Virus record (IMG/VR): IMGVR_UViG_2831870349_000001
From: a virus
Lineage: Duplodnaviria; Caudoviricetes
Strand: one strand, 5' to 3'
DNA: 64,000 nt
This document shows positions 48,098-57,481 of the stretch, piece after piece; the stretch's first letter is position 1, and each line of letters begins with the position of its first letter. The translations under genes and the position numbers were made by a program. The notes beneath the pieces were generated by a model. The model was given only the letters and a program-made list of their open reading frames with translations, was not told the DNA's origin and did not search any database.

Positions 48098-49537
48098 ATG
48101 AGTGACATCACAGTCGTGAATAATCTCACGCGCGTTGACAAATTCTTCAATCTGAAGGCTGCCAACACGTCCATCGAAGACAACTATATCGATTCCGTGC
48201 CTTCGGTCATGGGCGTGATGGATGAAGGCGCGGATGTGATCTTCCCGGGCGCGTTCACGAAGAGCGGGGCGCTGGAAAGCTTCCTGAAGCGTGGATTCGT
48301 CCCTACCGACCACAAATGGGAGTGGACGGAGATCGTCGCGATGCCGATTTCCGCGAAGGAGGACGGCAACAAGCTCGTCAGCCGCGCGGTCTTCCACACC
48401 ACGCAGAAGGCGCAGGACGCCCGCACGATCTGCATGGAGCGCCTGGCGCAGGGACTTTGGATCGGCGAGTCCGTCGGCTTTGGCATGTACGCCGGCGATT
48501 ACAAATGGTTTGCCTCCGGACAGGCGCTGCTGACCTGGGCTGAGGCGAATGGATACGACCTGTCCCTTTTTGATGCGGATGGGATCAAGTCCTGGAAGAC
48601 GACGTGCCGGGGCATCATCAATATCCCCGAGCTTTATGAATATAGCATTGTCCCGGTCGGCATGAACCGCTGGGCGGAGGCGGTCGACGTGAAATCAGAC
48701 AATCAAAAATCCGGACAGATCACCCTTGCCGCCTTGCCGGCCTTGCTCAAGGAGCTCTCCGACGCCGGCGCGCCGATCACGCTGCCTGACGGAACCGTGC
48801 TCGTCCCGAAATCGGCGCCGGCGCCGGGCGGAGCGCGCGAACTGGTGGCGATCGCCAAAGACGGCAAGGTGACGCTGAAGGGCGAGTACCTGGGCGATAT
48901 CGAGATCGATATGACGCTGAGCGCCGCCTACGATCTGTGCTACACGATGTACTACATCGTCGCCGCGCAGCTGCGCGGCAACTGGTCCTGGGACGATGTC
49001 GCCGGAGACTATGTCCGCGTGCGCCCTCCGCTCGCCGATGCGCTGGTCGCCATTGAAGGCGCCGCAGGTGAGTTCACGGACGTACTGCTCCGTGTGATCG
49101 AAGCCATTATGTCCGGCGTCGAAGGCGCGCAGGACGCCGAAGAAGTCGAGGTCGAACTCGAAGCGATGGCGGGCGGCCCCGACGTCAAACAATTGTCCGA
49201 TTCCCTGCATGCCGGGGAATCGTTTCAAAAACAGCTGGGAACGGTGCGTGCTGCCGTGAAGAGCTGCTCCGATCGCGCGAAGGCGATCCATCTCATCCGC
49301 GTCAAGGAAGGGCGGGCGCTGTCGGAAACCAACCGGCAGAAGCTCACCTCGCACCGCGACGCGCTGGCGGACTGCGTCAAGGCGATCGACGATCTGCTGG
49401 AGGAGACAAAGAACAACGCGGAAGAGGCGACTGAAAAGTCACTTGAAGTAAGTGAAAAGCTTGCTCCGGCCGCGTCCGTTCTCAAGGCTCGGCGTGATTT
49501 CCTGATCCAGGAGCTGGCGGGAGTCCTCGGCGAGTAA
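48098..49537 (+). CDS. HK97-type prohead protease with long C-terminal extension
   Basis: DVIFPGAF, DH, SVGF, LYEYSIVPVGMN; later KEGRALSETN. Confidence 0.85.
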   Translation: MSDITVVNNLTRVDKFFNLKAANTSIEDNYIDSVPSVMGVMDEGADVIFPGAFTKSGALESFLKRGFVPTDHKWEWTEIVAMPISAKEDGNKLVSRAVFHTTQKAQDARTICMERLAQGLWIGESVGFGMYAGDYKWFASGQALLTWAEANGYDLSLFDADGIKSWKTTCRGIINIPELYEYSIVPVGMNRWAEAVDVKSDNQKSGQITLAALPALLKELSDAGAPITLPDGTVLVPKSAPAPGGARELVAIAKDGKVTLKGEYLGDIEIDMTLSAAYDLCYTMYYIVAAQLRGNWSWDDVAGDYVRVRPPLADALVAIEGAAGEFTDVLLRVIEAIMSGVEGAQDAEEVEVELEAMAGGPDVKQLSDSLHAGESFQKQLGTVRAAVKSCSDRAKAIHLIRVKEGRALSETNRQKLTSHRDALADCVKAIDDLLEETKNNAEEATEKSLEVSEKLAPAASVLKARRDFLIQELAGVLGE

Positions 49538-49638
49538 AGTCTCGGCAGAAAAATTCACAAAACCAGCGAACCATTCTTGATATGGTCCGCAGCACTCACA
49601 TTTCCCGATAGACAGCACAAAATAGCAGCCTTTGACCG

Positions 49639-49680
49639 AAGGAGCCCGGCGCGGATAGCGCGCCTGGGCTCCTTTTGTTT
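49639..49680 (+). terminator. Rho-independent terminator-like hairpin
   Basis: AAGGAGCCCGGCGCG...CGCGCCTGGGCTCCTTTTGTTT. Confidence 0.55.
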
Positions 49681-49749
49681 TGGGCTGCTTTTTCATGTGC
49701 CTGTCTTCGCATTTCCCGGCGGCGCTCACGGCGCCGCGAGACACAATCC

Positions 49750-51147
49750 ATGAAAACACTGCAAGAGAAGATGGCGGCGCGCGAGCTGCTGGTCAAGCAG
49801 GTCAAAGACCTGTTCGCGAAGGCTGAGCAGACCACCGAGGACCTGGACGCTATCGAAAAAGCCAACGACGAGATCAAGGCGCTGGACGCCGAGATCGTCC
49901 GCTTGAAGAGCATTGAAGATATCCGCAAGGCGAACGCCGAGCGGGAAGCCGAGATCGCGACTCTGGGCCAGCGCCCGGAACTTGGCAACAGCGCGCCGAC
50001 CTTCGCGGAAAAGACCGGCATCGTCCCCGTGGAGTTTAAACTCTCCCGCCCTGAGAACTTCCTCAAGATCACGAACGATCTGGAGAAGGCGCAGACCAAG
50101 GCGTATCGCATGGGCCACTTCCTGCTGGCGACCCTTGGCAACAACGCCAAGTCCCAGGCGTGGTGCGCGAAGAACGGGATCGAGCTTCGCTCCCAGAGCG
50201 AGACCGATAACGCCGCCGGCGGCTTCCTGGTGCCGGCTGAGTTCGACAACGATTTGATCGTCCTCCGCGAAATCTACGGCGTCTTCCGCAAGTATGCGAA
50301 GAAGTCGACCATGCGCAGCGACACCAAGATGGTTCCGCGCCGCACCGGCGGCCTGAAGGCGTACTGGGTCACCGACGGGCAAGGAATCACCGAGAGCCAA
50401 AAAGGCTGGGACATGGTGACCTTGATCGCGAAGAAGCTCGCGTGCCTTGCGCTCTATTCGAGCGAGCTGAACGAAGACGCGATCATCGACATTACGAACG
50501 ACCTGGCCGGCGAGATCGCGTACGCGTTCGCGCTGACCGAGGACTTCGCGGGCTTCGTCGGCGACGCCACGAGCGCTTACGGCGGCATCACGGGCGTCAC
50601 GAATAAGTTCCTGGGTCTCAGCGCAACCGTCGCCAATATCGCCGGCCTCTATGTGGCGAGCGGCGCCGGCTACGCGAATAACTGGGACAGCATCACGCTG
50701 AAGGACTTTGGCAAGCTGAAGGGTCTCTGCCCGCAGTACGCGCTCCAGAAGGACGCGGCCTGGTACTGCTCCCAGGCGTTCTACTCGGACGTCATGGAAG
50801 CACTGATGCTCGCCGCCGGCGGCGTCACCGCGATGGAAGTGGCGATGGGCCGCAAGGAGCTGACGTTCATGGGCTATCCCGTGCGCATCAGCCAGGCGAT
50901 GCCCCAGTCCTCGGCGCAGAACCAGATCCCGGTCTTCTTCGGAGACCTGAGCCTGGCCGCGCTGTTTGGCGATCGCCGCGAGACCACGATCGCCACGTCG
51001 AGCGAGTACCGCTTCGCGAACGACCAGCTTGCCATCAAGGGCACTGAGCGCGTCGATATCATCGTGCATGACATCGGCAACGCGGACGCCGTCGCGGCCA
51101 ACCGCAAGGTCGGCCCGCTCGTCGCGATGATCACGCCGAACGCGTAA
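49750..51147 (+). CDS. HK97-fold major capsid protein with N-terminal delta domain
   Basis: Coiled-coil N-terminus, GGFLVP, SSELNED, MGYPV, FGDLS, RVD. Confidence 0.93.
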   Translation: MKTLQEKMAARELLVKQVKDLFAKAEQTTEDLDAIEKANDEIKALDAEIVRLKSIEDIRKANAEREAEIATLGQRPELGNSAPTFAEKTGIVPVEFKLSRPENFLKITNDLEKAQTKAYRMGHFLLATLGNNAKSQAWCAKNGIELRSQSETDNAAGGFLVPAEFDNDLIVLREIYGVFRKYAKKSTMRSDTKMVPRRTGGLKAYWVTDGQGITESQKGWDMVTLIAKKLACLALYSSELNEDAIIDITNDLAGEIAYAFALTEDFAGFVGDATSAYGGITGVTNKFLGLSATVANIAGLYVASGAGYANNWDSITLKDFGKLKGLCPQYALQKDAAWYCSQAFYSDVMEALMLAAGGVTAMEVAMGRKELTFMGYPVRISQAMPQSSAQNQIPVFFGDLSLAALFGDRRETTIATSSEYRFANDQLAIKGTERVDIIVHDIGNADAVAANRKVGPLVAMITPNA

Positions 51148-51289
51148 TCATCGGCCCCGTCCTCGTCCTAAACAGACCTCGCCTTTGACCAAAATCCTCC
51201 GCTCCATCCGCCCACGCGCACCGCCCACGGCGGTGCGCGTGGGCGGCGGGGCGGATTATCTACGGCGCGCCTGCTGGCGCCGGGAGAGA

Positions 51290-51745
51290 ATGAATATGAT
51301 CGGTACTCACAACTTTAAGAAGGTCGTCGCAATCGCGCCGGCGTCCTTCACCAACGGCGCGACCGCGTCGGGGATCATCGATACCGCCGGTTTCGACGCG
51401 ATGACGCTGGATCTAATCACGTCGCCGGCCAATAACGCCACCAACTCGCCGACGGTCCTCAAGCTCCAGGAAGCGGATGTGACCAACGCCACATCGTTCA
51501 CCGACATTCCCCAGTTTGTCGGCGGCGGCGCGGGCGGCTTCGCCATCCCGAATGAGAAGACCGTGGCTAGCACCGCCCCGTTTGCCTCGTTCAACGTGGA
51601 CCTTCGGAGTCGCAAGCGCTATATCCAGGTCGTGGACGTTCCGCAGACCACGCAGATCGTCAGCGCGATCGCGCAGCTCGGCCGCGCGGAGCAGACGCCC
51701 GTCGGCGCGGCGTCGCAGAACGTTGCTGTCGTTGTTACTGGCTAA
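51290..51745 (+). CDS. Capsid-associated (decoration-like) protein
   Basis: IDTAGFD...LQEAD...KRYIQV; directly after the capsid gene. Confidence 0.65.
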   Translation: MNMIGTHNFKKVVAIAPASFTNGATASGIIDTAGFDAMTLDLITSPANNATNSPTVLKLQEADVTNATSFTDIPQFVGGGAGGFAIPNEKTVASTAPFASFNVDLRSRKRYIQVVDVPQTTQIVSAIAQLGRAEQTPVGAASQNVAVVVTG

Positions 51746-51765
51746 CTGGTCTGCTGAAATCAAAT

Positions 51766-51796
51766 GCAGGCTAAGACCAATACAGTCTTAGCCTGC
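51766..51796 (+). terminator. Hairpin GCAGGCTAAGAC...GTCTTAGCCTGC
   Basis: 12-bp perfect IR after the capsid genes. Confidence 0.55.
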
Positions 51797-51842
51797 GCTT
51801 AAAAGCGCATTCATTTTCCAGGTTCCTCGGGAGGGAGCAATT

Positions 51843-52178
51843 ATGGACGATCAAACTACAACGGCCTCTAAAGAGCCAAAAGATTTTAACAGCGATGGTC
51901 CCGTTCAAGAAAACATCACAACTCAGGCAGTCGCAAAGCGAGCCTTAGAAGTGATGAAGTGGGCAGGATGTGCATGCGGATGGTATGACCACACCGCTGA
52001 GGGCGGTCCAACAGTCGAAAAAATGGAGAGCGATCTCCTATTTCTAGAAGCCGTGGCTGATGGTGACGACGAAAAGACCATTCACAAAAAAATAGTTGCC
52101 CTGCGCGCTAAGCAATTAGGAGATGACTTTAAAGTCCTTCTTTATAAAGCTGAGTTGCCGACAAGTTATGACAGATAG
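51843..52178 (+). CDS. Hypothetical moron protein
   Basis: Lower GC; GGAGG RBS. Confidence 0.55.
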   Translation: MDDQTTTASKEPKDFNSDGPVQENITTQAVAKRALEVMKWAGCACGWYDHTAEGGPTVEKMESDLLFLEAVADGDDEKTIHKKIVALRAKQLGDDFKVLLYKAELPTSYDR

Positions 52179-52213
52179 GCGAAAGCCAAAAAATAGGCTT
52201 CGGCCAAACCATA

Positions 52214-52277
52214 GCCCTGCGAGCGCTCCCGACGCTCGCAGGGTGAAATTGTATCGGGGGCGTCTCGGGAGGGCGTC
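52214..52277 (+). ncRNA. Candidate kissing-loop cis-regulatory RNA, copy B
   Basis: 12-bp hairpin with loop CTCCCGA, complementary to loop TCGGGAG; covaries with copy A. Confidence 0.65.
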
Positions 52278-52282
52278 AGCAG

Positions 52283-53029
52283 ATGGCATTAACAGAGCAA
52301 GAAGTCGCGGAGATCAATTCTCTGCTCGCTGAGTCGGGCAAGAGAGCCGCGCGCAAGATTTTCCTGGAAGTGGAAGCGAAGAGACTCCTCGAGGAATCGA
52401 TGGCGGCCAACGAAGAACTAAACAATCTGCGTTTTGACTATTGTCCCGCACAGCAGCGGATTAATGAAATTCTTCGCGACGCTTCAATTCGTGAATCTGC
52501 GTGCCCAGGCGAAGTTCCGGGGCGTGTTGTAGAAAACGCCATCGCATGTGGGGACGACAACCAGGCGCTTGCTGAAGACGAACGCCCGCTGAATCGCTAT
52601 GCAGTGGATTATGAGTTTGGGGCAGCAAAGTTCTACACACGATCTATCGACATAGACGAAGCGCGGCTCGAATTTTATGACTGCGCCAACGAATGCTTCG
52701 GTATTCGTAAGTCGATTGGAGACGTAAAAATCAACCTTGAGGCGGAGAACGTCCACCTGCCTGTCCAGGATGCGAAACAGATCTCCTATTTCACTCACGC
52801 ACTTCTATACGGCCAAACTTCAGGTATCGGAGACGAAGTCATTTTCGACCGGCGTTATAAGACGGCAAGCGGTGAGGGGTGGAAACTTCAAAACGAGAGC
52901 GGAGAGCGTTGCACCTGCGCGACGCGTGGCAGCGCCGAACTTGCCTGCGAAGTGCATCACTTCTGGGTTGAAAATCATAACCACGTCTGCCCATGCACCA
53001 ATCCGTCGTGGGAGGCGCCGCACAAATGA
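52283..53029 (+). CDS. Hypothetical moron protein
   Basis: 248-aa ORF with Cys/His-rich C-terminus. Confidence 0.6.
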   Translation: MALTEQEVAEINSLLAESGKRAARKIFLEVEAKRLLEESMAANEELNNLRFDYCPAQQRINEILRDASIRESACPGEVPGRVVENAIACGDDNQALAEDERPLNRYAVDYEFGAAKFYTRSIDIDEARLEFYDCANECFGIRKSIGDVKINLEAENVHLPVQDAKQISYFTHALLYGQTSGIGDEVIFDRRYKTASGEGWKLQNESGERCTCATRGSAELACEVHHFWVENHNHVCPCTNPSWEAPHK

Positions 53030-54543
53030 ATCCTCAAAACCTCCTTTTGAATCTAGGCTCTGGGGATCTTCCACTTCGCGGCCACATCAATATCGACCGC
53101 AAATACGAAAAGGATGTCCTTCACGTGGACGAAGACACCATTCTCTGGCGCGGCGAAGTCTACCCACTGGCTTTCGATGATGAAAGCGTCTGCGGCGTGC
53201 GCGCCTCACACGTGTTGGAGCATTTCAGCCATCGCGAGACGATGGCGGTCCTGGCCGACTGGGTTCGCGTCTTGAAGCCGGGCGGGCTTCTCTGTGTCGC
53301 CGTCCCGAACTTCGAATGGATCGCAAGGCGCTACCTCGAATCCCTCACCAATTCCGCCGCCGCCGCGCTTCCGCTGGAAGGGTATCTGATGGGCGGGCAT
53401 GTGGATGATAATGATCACCACGGCGCCATTTTTGATGAGCAGAGCCTGCGCGCGGCAATGGAGCATCTGGGACTGGTCAACATCTACACATGGGATTCCG
53501 AAGTCGCGGACTGCGCCTCGCTTCCCGTTTCGCTGAACCTGGTGGGGATGAAACCTCTTCCGGCGGATTATTCATCGATCAATAATCCTGCTCCTGGACG
53601 AATAGAGAACCCACACGGGTTTGCTGTGGGCGATCAAGTTTGGGACAATTCCGGCGACTGTGGAAACGGCTTTGGCGATGTCTTGGAGATCTACGAAAAG
53701 CACCCCAATTGCGTCAAAGTGTATTGGGAGAATGAAGGCAATCTTTGTGTGGTCCATTGCTCAATTCTAGATCATGTCGCTGATGTTAAGACAGTTCCAC
53801 AGGACAGCGTGAAAGCATCATCAGGTCCGGATTTGCGCTTTGCCTCCATCGTCATCAAGCCCGGCGACGTCGCGGCCGTGGCTACCGTACCGCGCCTTGG
53901 CTTCACGGACACGCAGTTCTGCATTATCCGCGCCGTCTGCGCCCATCCGATCAGCTTCGAGCAGAGCGGCGGCGTATTCTGGGACCAGGGGATGACACGC
54001 GTCTTCGAAAGCCATATGGACGACGGGACGAAGTATCTCCTGGCGATCGATTATGATTCGCTTTTCACCGCTGAGGATGTGCGGACGCTGTATGGCGTCA
54101 TGGAAGCGCGGCCCGACATTGACGCGCTTTGCCCGGTCCAGATCCGGCGCGAGAACGATCATTCGCTCTTTACCGTGGAAGGCGACGACGGCAAGAGCGC
54201 AACCGAGATCGATTATTCACGTTTCGAGACGGACGTTCTGAAGATCCGAACCGGCCATTTTGGCCTGACGATGATCCGCGTGGACGCGCTGCGCCGCCTG
54301 CCGCGTCCCTGGTTCCATGCCCGGCCCGACGACGCCGGCCGCTGGGGCGACGGGCGCGTGGACAGCGACGTCGCCTTCTGGCTCCAGTGGGCCGAGGCGG
54401 GCAACTCGCTGTACCTGGCGAACCGTGTCCCGATCGGTCACCTCCAGCTCATGGCAACCTGGCCGAGTGAGGAACTTGGTTTGAAGACTCAGTATGTCAG
54501 TGACTGGCTGAAGACAGGGAAGCCGGCGGGCGCGTGGCAATGA
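53026..54543 (+). CDS. Class I SAM methyltransferase - GT-A glycosyltransferase fusion
   Basis: LNLGSG, NID, SHVLEH, RVLKPGG; C-terminal IDYD (DxD), GHFGLTMIR, DSDVAFW, IGH. Confidence 0.8.
   Translation: MNPQNLLLNLGSGDLPLRGHINIDRKYEKDVLHVDEDTILWRGEVYPLAFDDESVCGVRASHVLEHFSHRETMAVLADWVRVLKPGGLLCVAVPNFEWIARRYLESLTNSAAAALPLEGYLMGGHVDDNDHHGAIFDEQSLRAAMEHLGLVNIYTWDSEVADCASLPVSLNLVGMKPLPADYSSINNPAPGRIENPHGFAVGDQVWDNSGDCGNGFGDVLEIYEKHPNCVKVYWENEGNLCVVHCSILDHVADVKTVPQDSVKASSGPDLRFASIVIKPGDVAAVATVPRLGFTDTQFCIIRAVCAHPISFEQSGGVFWDQGMTRVFESHMDDGTKYLLAIDYDSLFTAEDVRTLYGVMEARPDIDALCPVQIRRENDHSLFTVEGDDGKSATEIDYSRFETDVLKIRTGHFGLTMIRVDALRRLPRPWFHARPDDAGRWGDGRVDSDVAFWLQWAEAGNSLYLANRVPIGHLQLMATWPSEELGLKTQYVSDWLKTGKPAGAWQ
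53567..53586. promoter_or_regulatory. Dispersed palindrome copy 5 (ATTATTCATCGATCAATAAT), in the MTase-GT linker
   Basis: Identical to copy 2; encodes DYSSINN. Confidence 0.75.
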
Positions 54544-54935
54544 AAATCCCTCACAATCACGCACGGGCACTTCAAAAGTATCGGTGGGAAACGATCCCGC
54601 TTCAGATCGTGAAGATTGATCAGAACGCTCACGATGCATTGATGCCGTTCCTACTTTCGGAAAGGGACGTTCGCGAGCATCCGGATTGGCCGCAGTGGTT
54701 TCCCTACAAGCTCGCCGAGCCGCACCAGCGCCAGGCGATGGTAAACCATGGGCAGACGCTCCGGCGTCTTGCCGAGCGCGGCGGCCTCGGCCACCGAGAA
54801 CTTTACCATATTCTGCGCGACGAGCGGTTCCGCCATACCGGCCACCCTGGCGCCGTCTCCGACGAAGTCGCCGCGCTTTATCTGCAAGAACTGATTGAGG
54901 GCTATGAGCCCTCAATCGAAGGACATCAGCCATGA
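54540..54935 (+). CDS. Hypothetical phage protein
   Basis: PHQRQAMVNHGQTLRRLAERGGL motif. Confidence 0.65.
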   Translation: MKIPHNHARALQKYRWETIPLQIVKIDQNAHDALMPFLLSERDVREHPDWPQWFPYKLAEPHQRQAMVNHGQTLRRLAERGGLGHRELYHILRDERFRHTGHPGAVSDEVAALYLQELIEGYEPSIEGHQP

Positions 54936-55117
54936 TCATCAAACTGAACGAAAAATGGGACGGGAAGAACCGGGGCGATGTGGTGGAAGTCGGCGCCGGC
55001 GTCGGGCAGCTTCTGGTCGGACGCGGCGCGGCGGAGGAACTGCCTGCGCCGGCCGGCAAGTCCGTGAAGGCGCCGCCCGTCGACAAGATGGTGCGCGGGC
55101 CTCAGGAAACAAAGTAA
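54932..55117 (+). CDS. Small head-region protein
   Basis: GDVVEV...PPVDKMVRGP..K, typical of small genes after the capsid. Confidence 0.65.
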   Translation: MIIKLNEKWDGKNRGDVVEVGAGVGQLLVGRGAAEELPAPAGKSVKAPPVDKMVRGPQETK

Positions 55118-55149
55118 AAGCGGCGAAAAGCCATAGAGGAGACGAAATA

Positions 55150-55770
55150 ATGGACACCGGGTACCCCGACGCCTCCGACTTCCGCAAGTTCCTGCTGGGC
55201 GCAGGGCAGCGTATTCCCGATGATCTGGATGTGGAAACGAAGATCTTCTCGGCCATCACGGAGTGGGAGGACGGGACCGGTTTCGCGCCGTTCCTCGCGG
55301 ACGACACCACGGTCGGCTCGCGCTCCTTTGATCCGCCCAGGACCTCGCGCGATCTGGACCTTGGCGCCGGTCTCGTGGAGCTAACCTCGCTGACCGTCGC
55401 GGGAACGCCGTTTGTTCTGGGGCGAGATTTCTACGCGTATCCGCAGAACGCGCTCGCGAAGGGTAAGCCGATCACGTACCTGCGTTTTTACTCGCGGCCC
55501 GGGTCGTCGATCATGCAATCGATCGTTGTGACGGGCAAATGGGGCTTCACGACGGCGCTGCGCGCGAACGTACGCAATGCGATCCTGTGTAAGGCGGCGC
55601 TGCTATCGGCGCCGGAACTCGAATTCTCCATTACGAACGGTGTGGCCGTGGCGGAAGACATCAAATTCGCAAGCGGTAATTTCAAGCCCATCGGCACTCT
55701 AATCGAAGAATGGAGACGGATCTTCAAAGAGACGCTTCATGGTGGCGGCTACCGACGCATTAGTGTCTAG
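55150..55770 (+). CDS. Head-tail connector/adaptor protein
   Basis: RSFD...DL...VVTGKWGF...VRNAIL; position in operon. Confidence 0.75.
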   Translation: MDTGYPDASDFRKFLLGAGQRIPDDLDVETKIFSAITEWEDGTGFAPFLADDTTVGSRSFDPPRTSRDLDLGAGLVELTSLTVAGTPFVLGRDFYAYPQNALAKGKPITYLRFYSRPGSSIMQSIVVTGKWGFTTALRANVRNAILCKAALLSAPELEFSITNGVAVAEDIKFASGNFKPIGTLIEEWRRIFKETLHGGGYRRISV

Positions 55771-55785
55771 CTAGCGGAGAGACTG

Positions 55786-56520
55786 ATGCTAAACCCGCCC
55801 GTCGTCAACAGATTAGGCGCAAATATTGCCCGGCAAAAACTGCACCATATCGTCGCATACGGATCTATGGCGACGGTCGGCGCTGTCAAGACGCACGCGA
55901 AGCGCAAACCGATCGCGCTGACGTCCGTGGCGCAGCACTTCTCCAGCCGGGACGGCGGCGGACCGATCATCGATCCTGCAATCTACGAAGTCCCTTCCCT
56001 CGATTTCCTGATCAATGGCGTGCAGATCGATCCCCAGCCGCTACAAACATTGATCTGGCATGGCGGGACGAATAAAGTGCATCGGGTCGATGCCGATCTG
56101 ATCGCGGATACCCTGATCACTTATCACCTGGTCGCTTGCCGAGCGCTACTCGCCGTCGATGCCAACAATAACCCGTTGTCTCCCTGCGAGACGGTTCACC
56201 ACTGGACGCCGCAGACGCAGGCCCAGCGCACGGACTCGGTCACCAAGAAGCTGAAGGACACAGGCTTTACGGACGCCGGCAAGGTTATCGCCTATCTGGA
56301 GCCGTTCACCGATACCGAGAAACTGATGGCGGGCGGCTCCATGGACACGCGCGAAGTGCGAGTCTTCACGAGCATTCCCCTAGCGCTCAAGGATGTGATC
56401 GTGCGCGCCGACGGCACGGCCTGGGCGATGAATGGGCCCAGCGAAGTTTTTCCGTCCACGGGAGATCAGCGCGGTATCGCGCGCCATCTCGCGCAGGTTC
56501 CCGCCGGCGTCAGCTTCTGA
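55786..56520 (+). CDS. Probable head-closure protein
   Basis: Synteny after the adaptor. Confidence 0.5.
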   Translation: MLNPPVVNRLGANIARQKLHHIVAYGSMATVGAVKTHAKRKPIALTSVAQHFSSRDGGGPIIDPAIYEVPSLDFLINGVQIDPQPLQTLIWHGGTNKVHRVDADLIADTLITYHLVACRALLAVDANNNPLSPCETVHHWTPQTQAQRTDSVTKKLKDTGFTDAGKVIAYLEPFTDTEKLMAGGSMDTREVRVFTSIPLALKDVIVRADGTAWAMNGPSEVFPSTGDQRGIARHLAQVPAGVSF

Positions 56521-56543
56521 GCGTGCTTCGGATTGGATTCCAT

Positions 56544-57041
56544 ATGGCCATCGCTTTCAACGTCTCCGGCGCGATCAATTTGTTCGCGGCCATTATCGTC
56601 GATGTGCTGACGATCGCCGGCGAGACCGTGACGGCGCTTCCTCAGATCACCTCCGTCCAGCAGGTGGAGTTCGAAGGGGCAAGTCTGCCGCTGACGGTCC
56701 TGGAGTACGGCGACGCGGTGAGCGAGCAGCAGGGAACAGGGGAGCTCATCAGCGTTCCGATCACTGTTCATCATATTCGCGCACTGGAAGCCGGGACCGG
56801 AAACGCGGCGGATACGATCCTGGCGCGCCTCCAGGCGATCGCGCAGCGAGTGCGATCGGATTACCGGCTCCAAAGTGTGACGGTGATGGGCTCGCCCTAT
56901 ATTGAAGGCGTCGAGGAGATCAGTATGGCGCTCGGCGATAAGAGCGAGATGCAGAAGATGCTAAACGGCACCGACCAGCAGGAGAGTCTGGCCGCCGCAT
57001 CGCTCGGTGTCGTGGTCAAGTGGTTCGAATACTGGACGTGA
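56544..57041 (+). CDS. Probable tail terminator protein
   Basis: Synteny and size. Confidence 0.5.
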   Translation: MAIAFNVSGAINLFAAIIVDVLTIAGETVTALPQITSVQQVEFEGASLPLTVLEYGDAVSEQQGTGELISVPITVHHIRALEAGTGNAADTILARLQAIAQRVRSDYRLQSVTVMGSPYIEGVEEISMALGDKSEMQKMLNGTDQQESLAAASLGVVVKWFEYWT

Positions 57042-57169
57042 TTACTCCCCGTGAAACCTAAGGACCGGCTTTCGGTTTTTTTTGAATATTGTTGTAGACC
57101 CTCGCGACCTTGCTGGAAATTCCAGCAAGGTCGCTTTCTTGTGGAGCCCAGGCTCCGGAGCATAGACCC

Positions 57170-57478
57170 ATGATGAAAGACTGCGTGTGCGGAACGCCGC
57201 ACCGGCTGCCCGATGTCCCGAGCTTAATTCCCTCAAGCTACGGATGCGCATTTTGCGGAGCCCAGTACGCAAACGGGGAGTTCGTCAAATCGAGCGCGCC
57301 GGCTGCGACGGTGGAAATCGATCCGAACTCCCCTCTGACCGGCGGAGCGCCGCTCAGCACTCCTGTGCAGATCAACAGCACTGCGGTACCGACCAACAAC
57401 TCCGCGCAGTCCACCAGTCCGAATCTATCCACCAGTCCAGATCAATCCGCCAAGCCCGCTGCGGGAAAGGAAAACTAA
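57170..57478 (+). CDS. Small Zn-finger protein with Ser/Thr-rich tail
   Basis: CVCG...CAFCG; GGAG RBS. Confidence 0.5.
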   Translation: MMKDCVCGTPHRLPDVPSLIPSSYGCAFCGAQYANGEFVKSSAPAATVEIDPNSPLTGGAPLSTPVQINSTAVPTNNSAQSTSPNLSTSPDQSAKPAAGKEN

Positions 57479-57481
57479 GCC

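Noticed and set aside
46618-51069. Long minus-strand ORFs (521 aa and 447 aa)
   Set aside because: Shadows of the portal and capsid genes caused by GC-rich codon bias; the same holds for 5914-7374 and 36094-37119.
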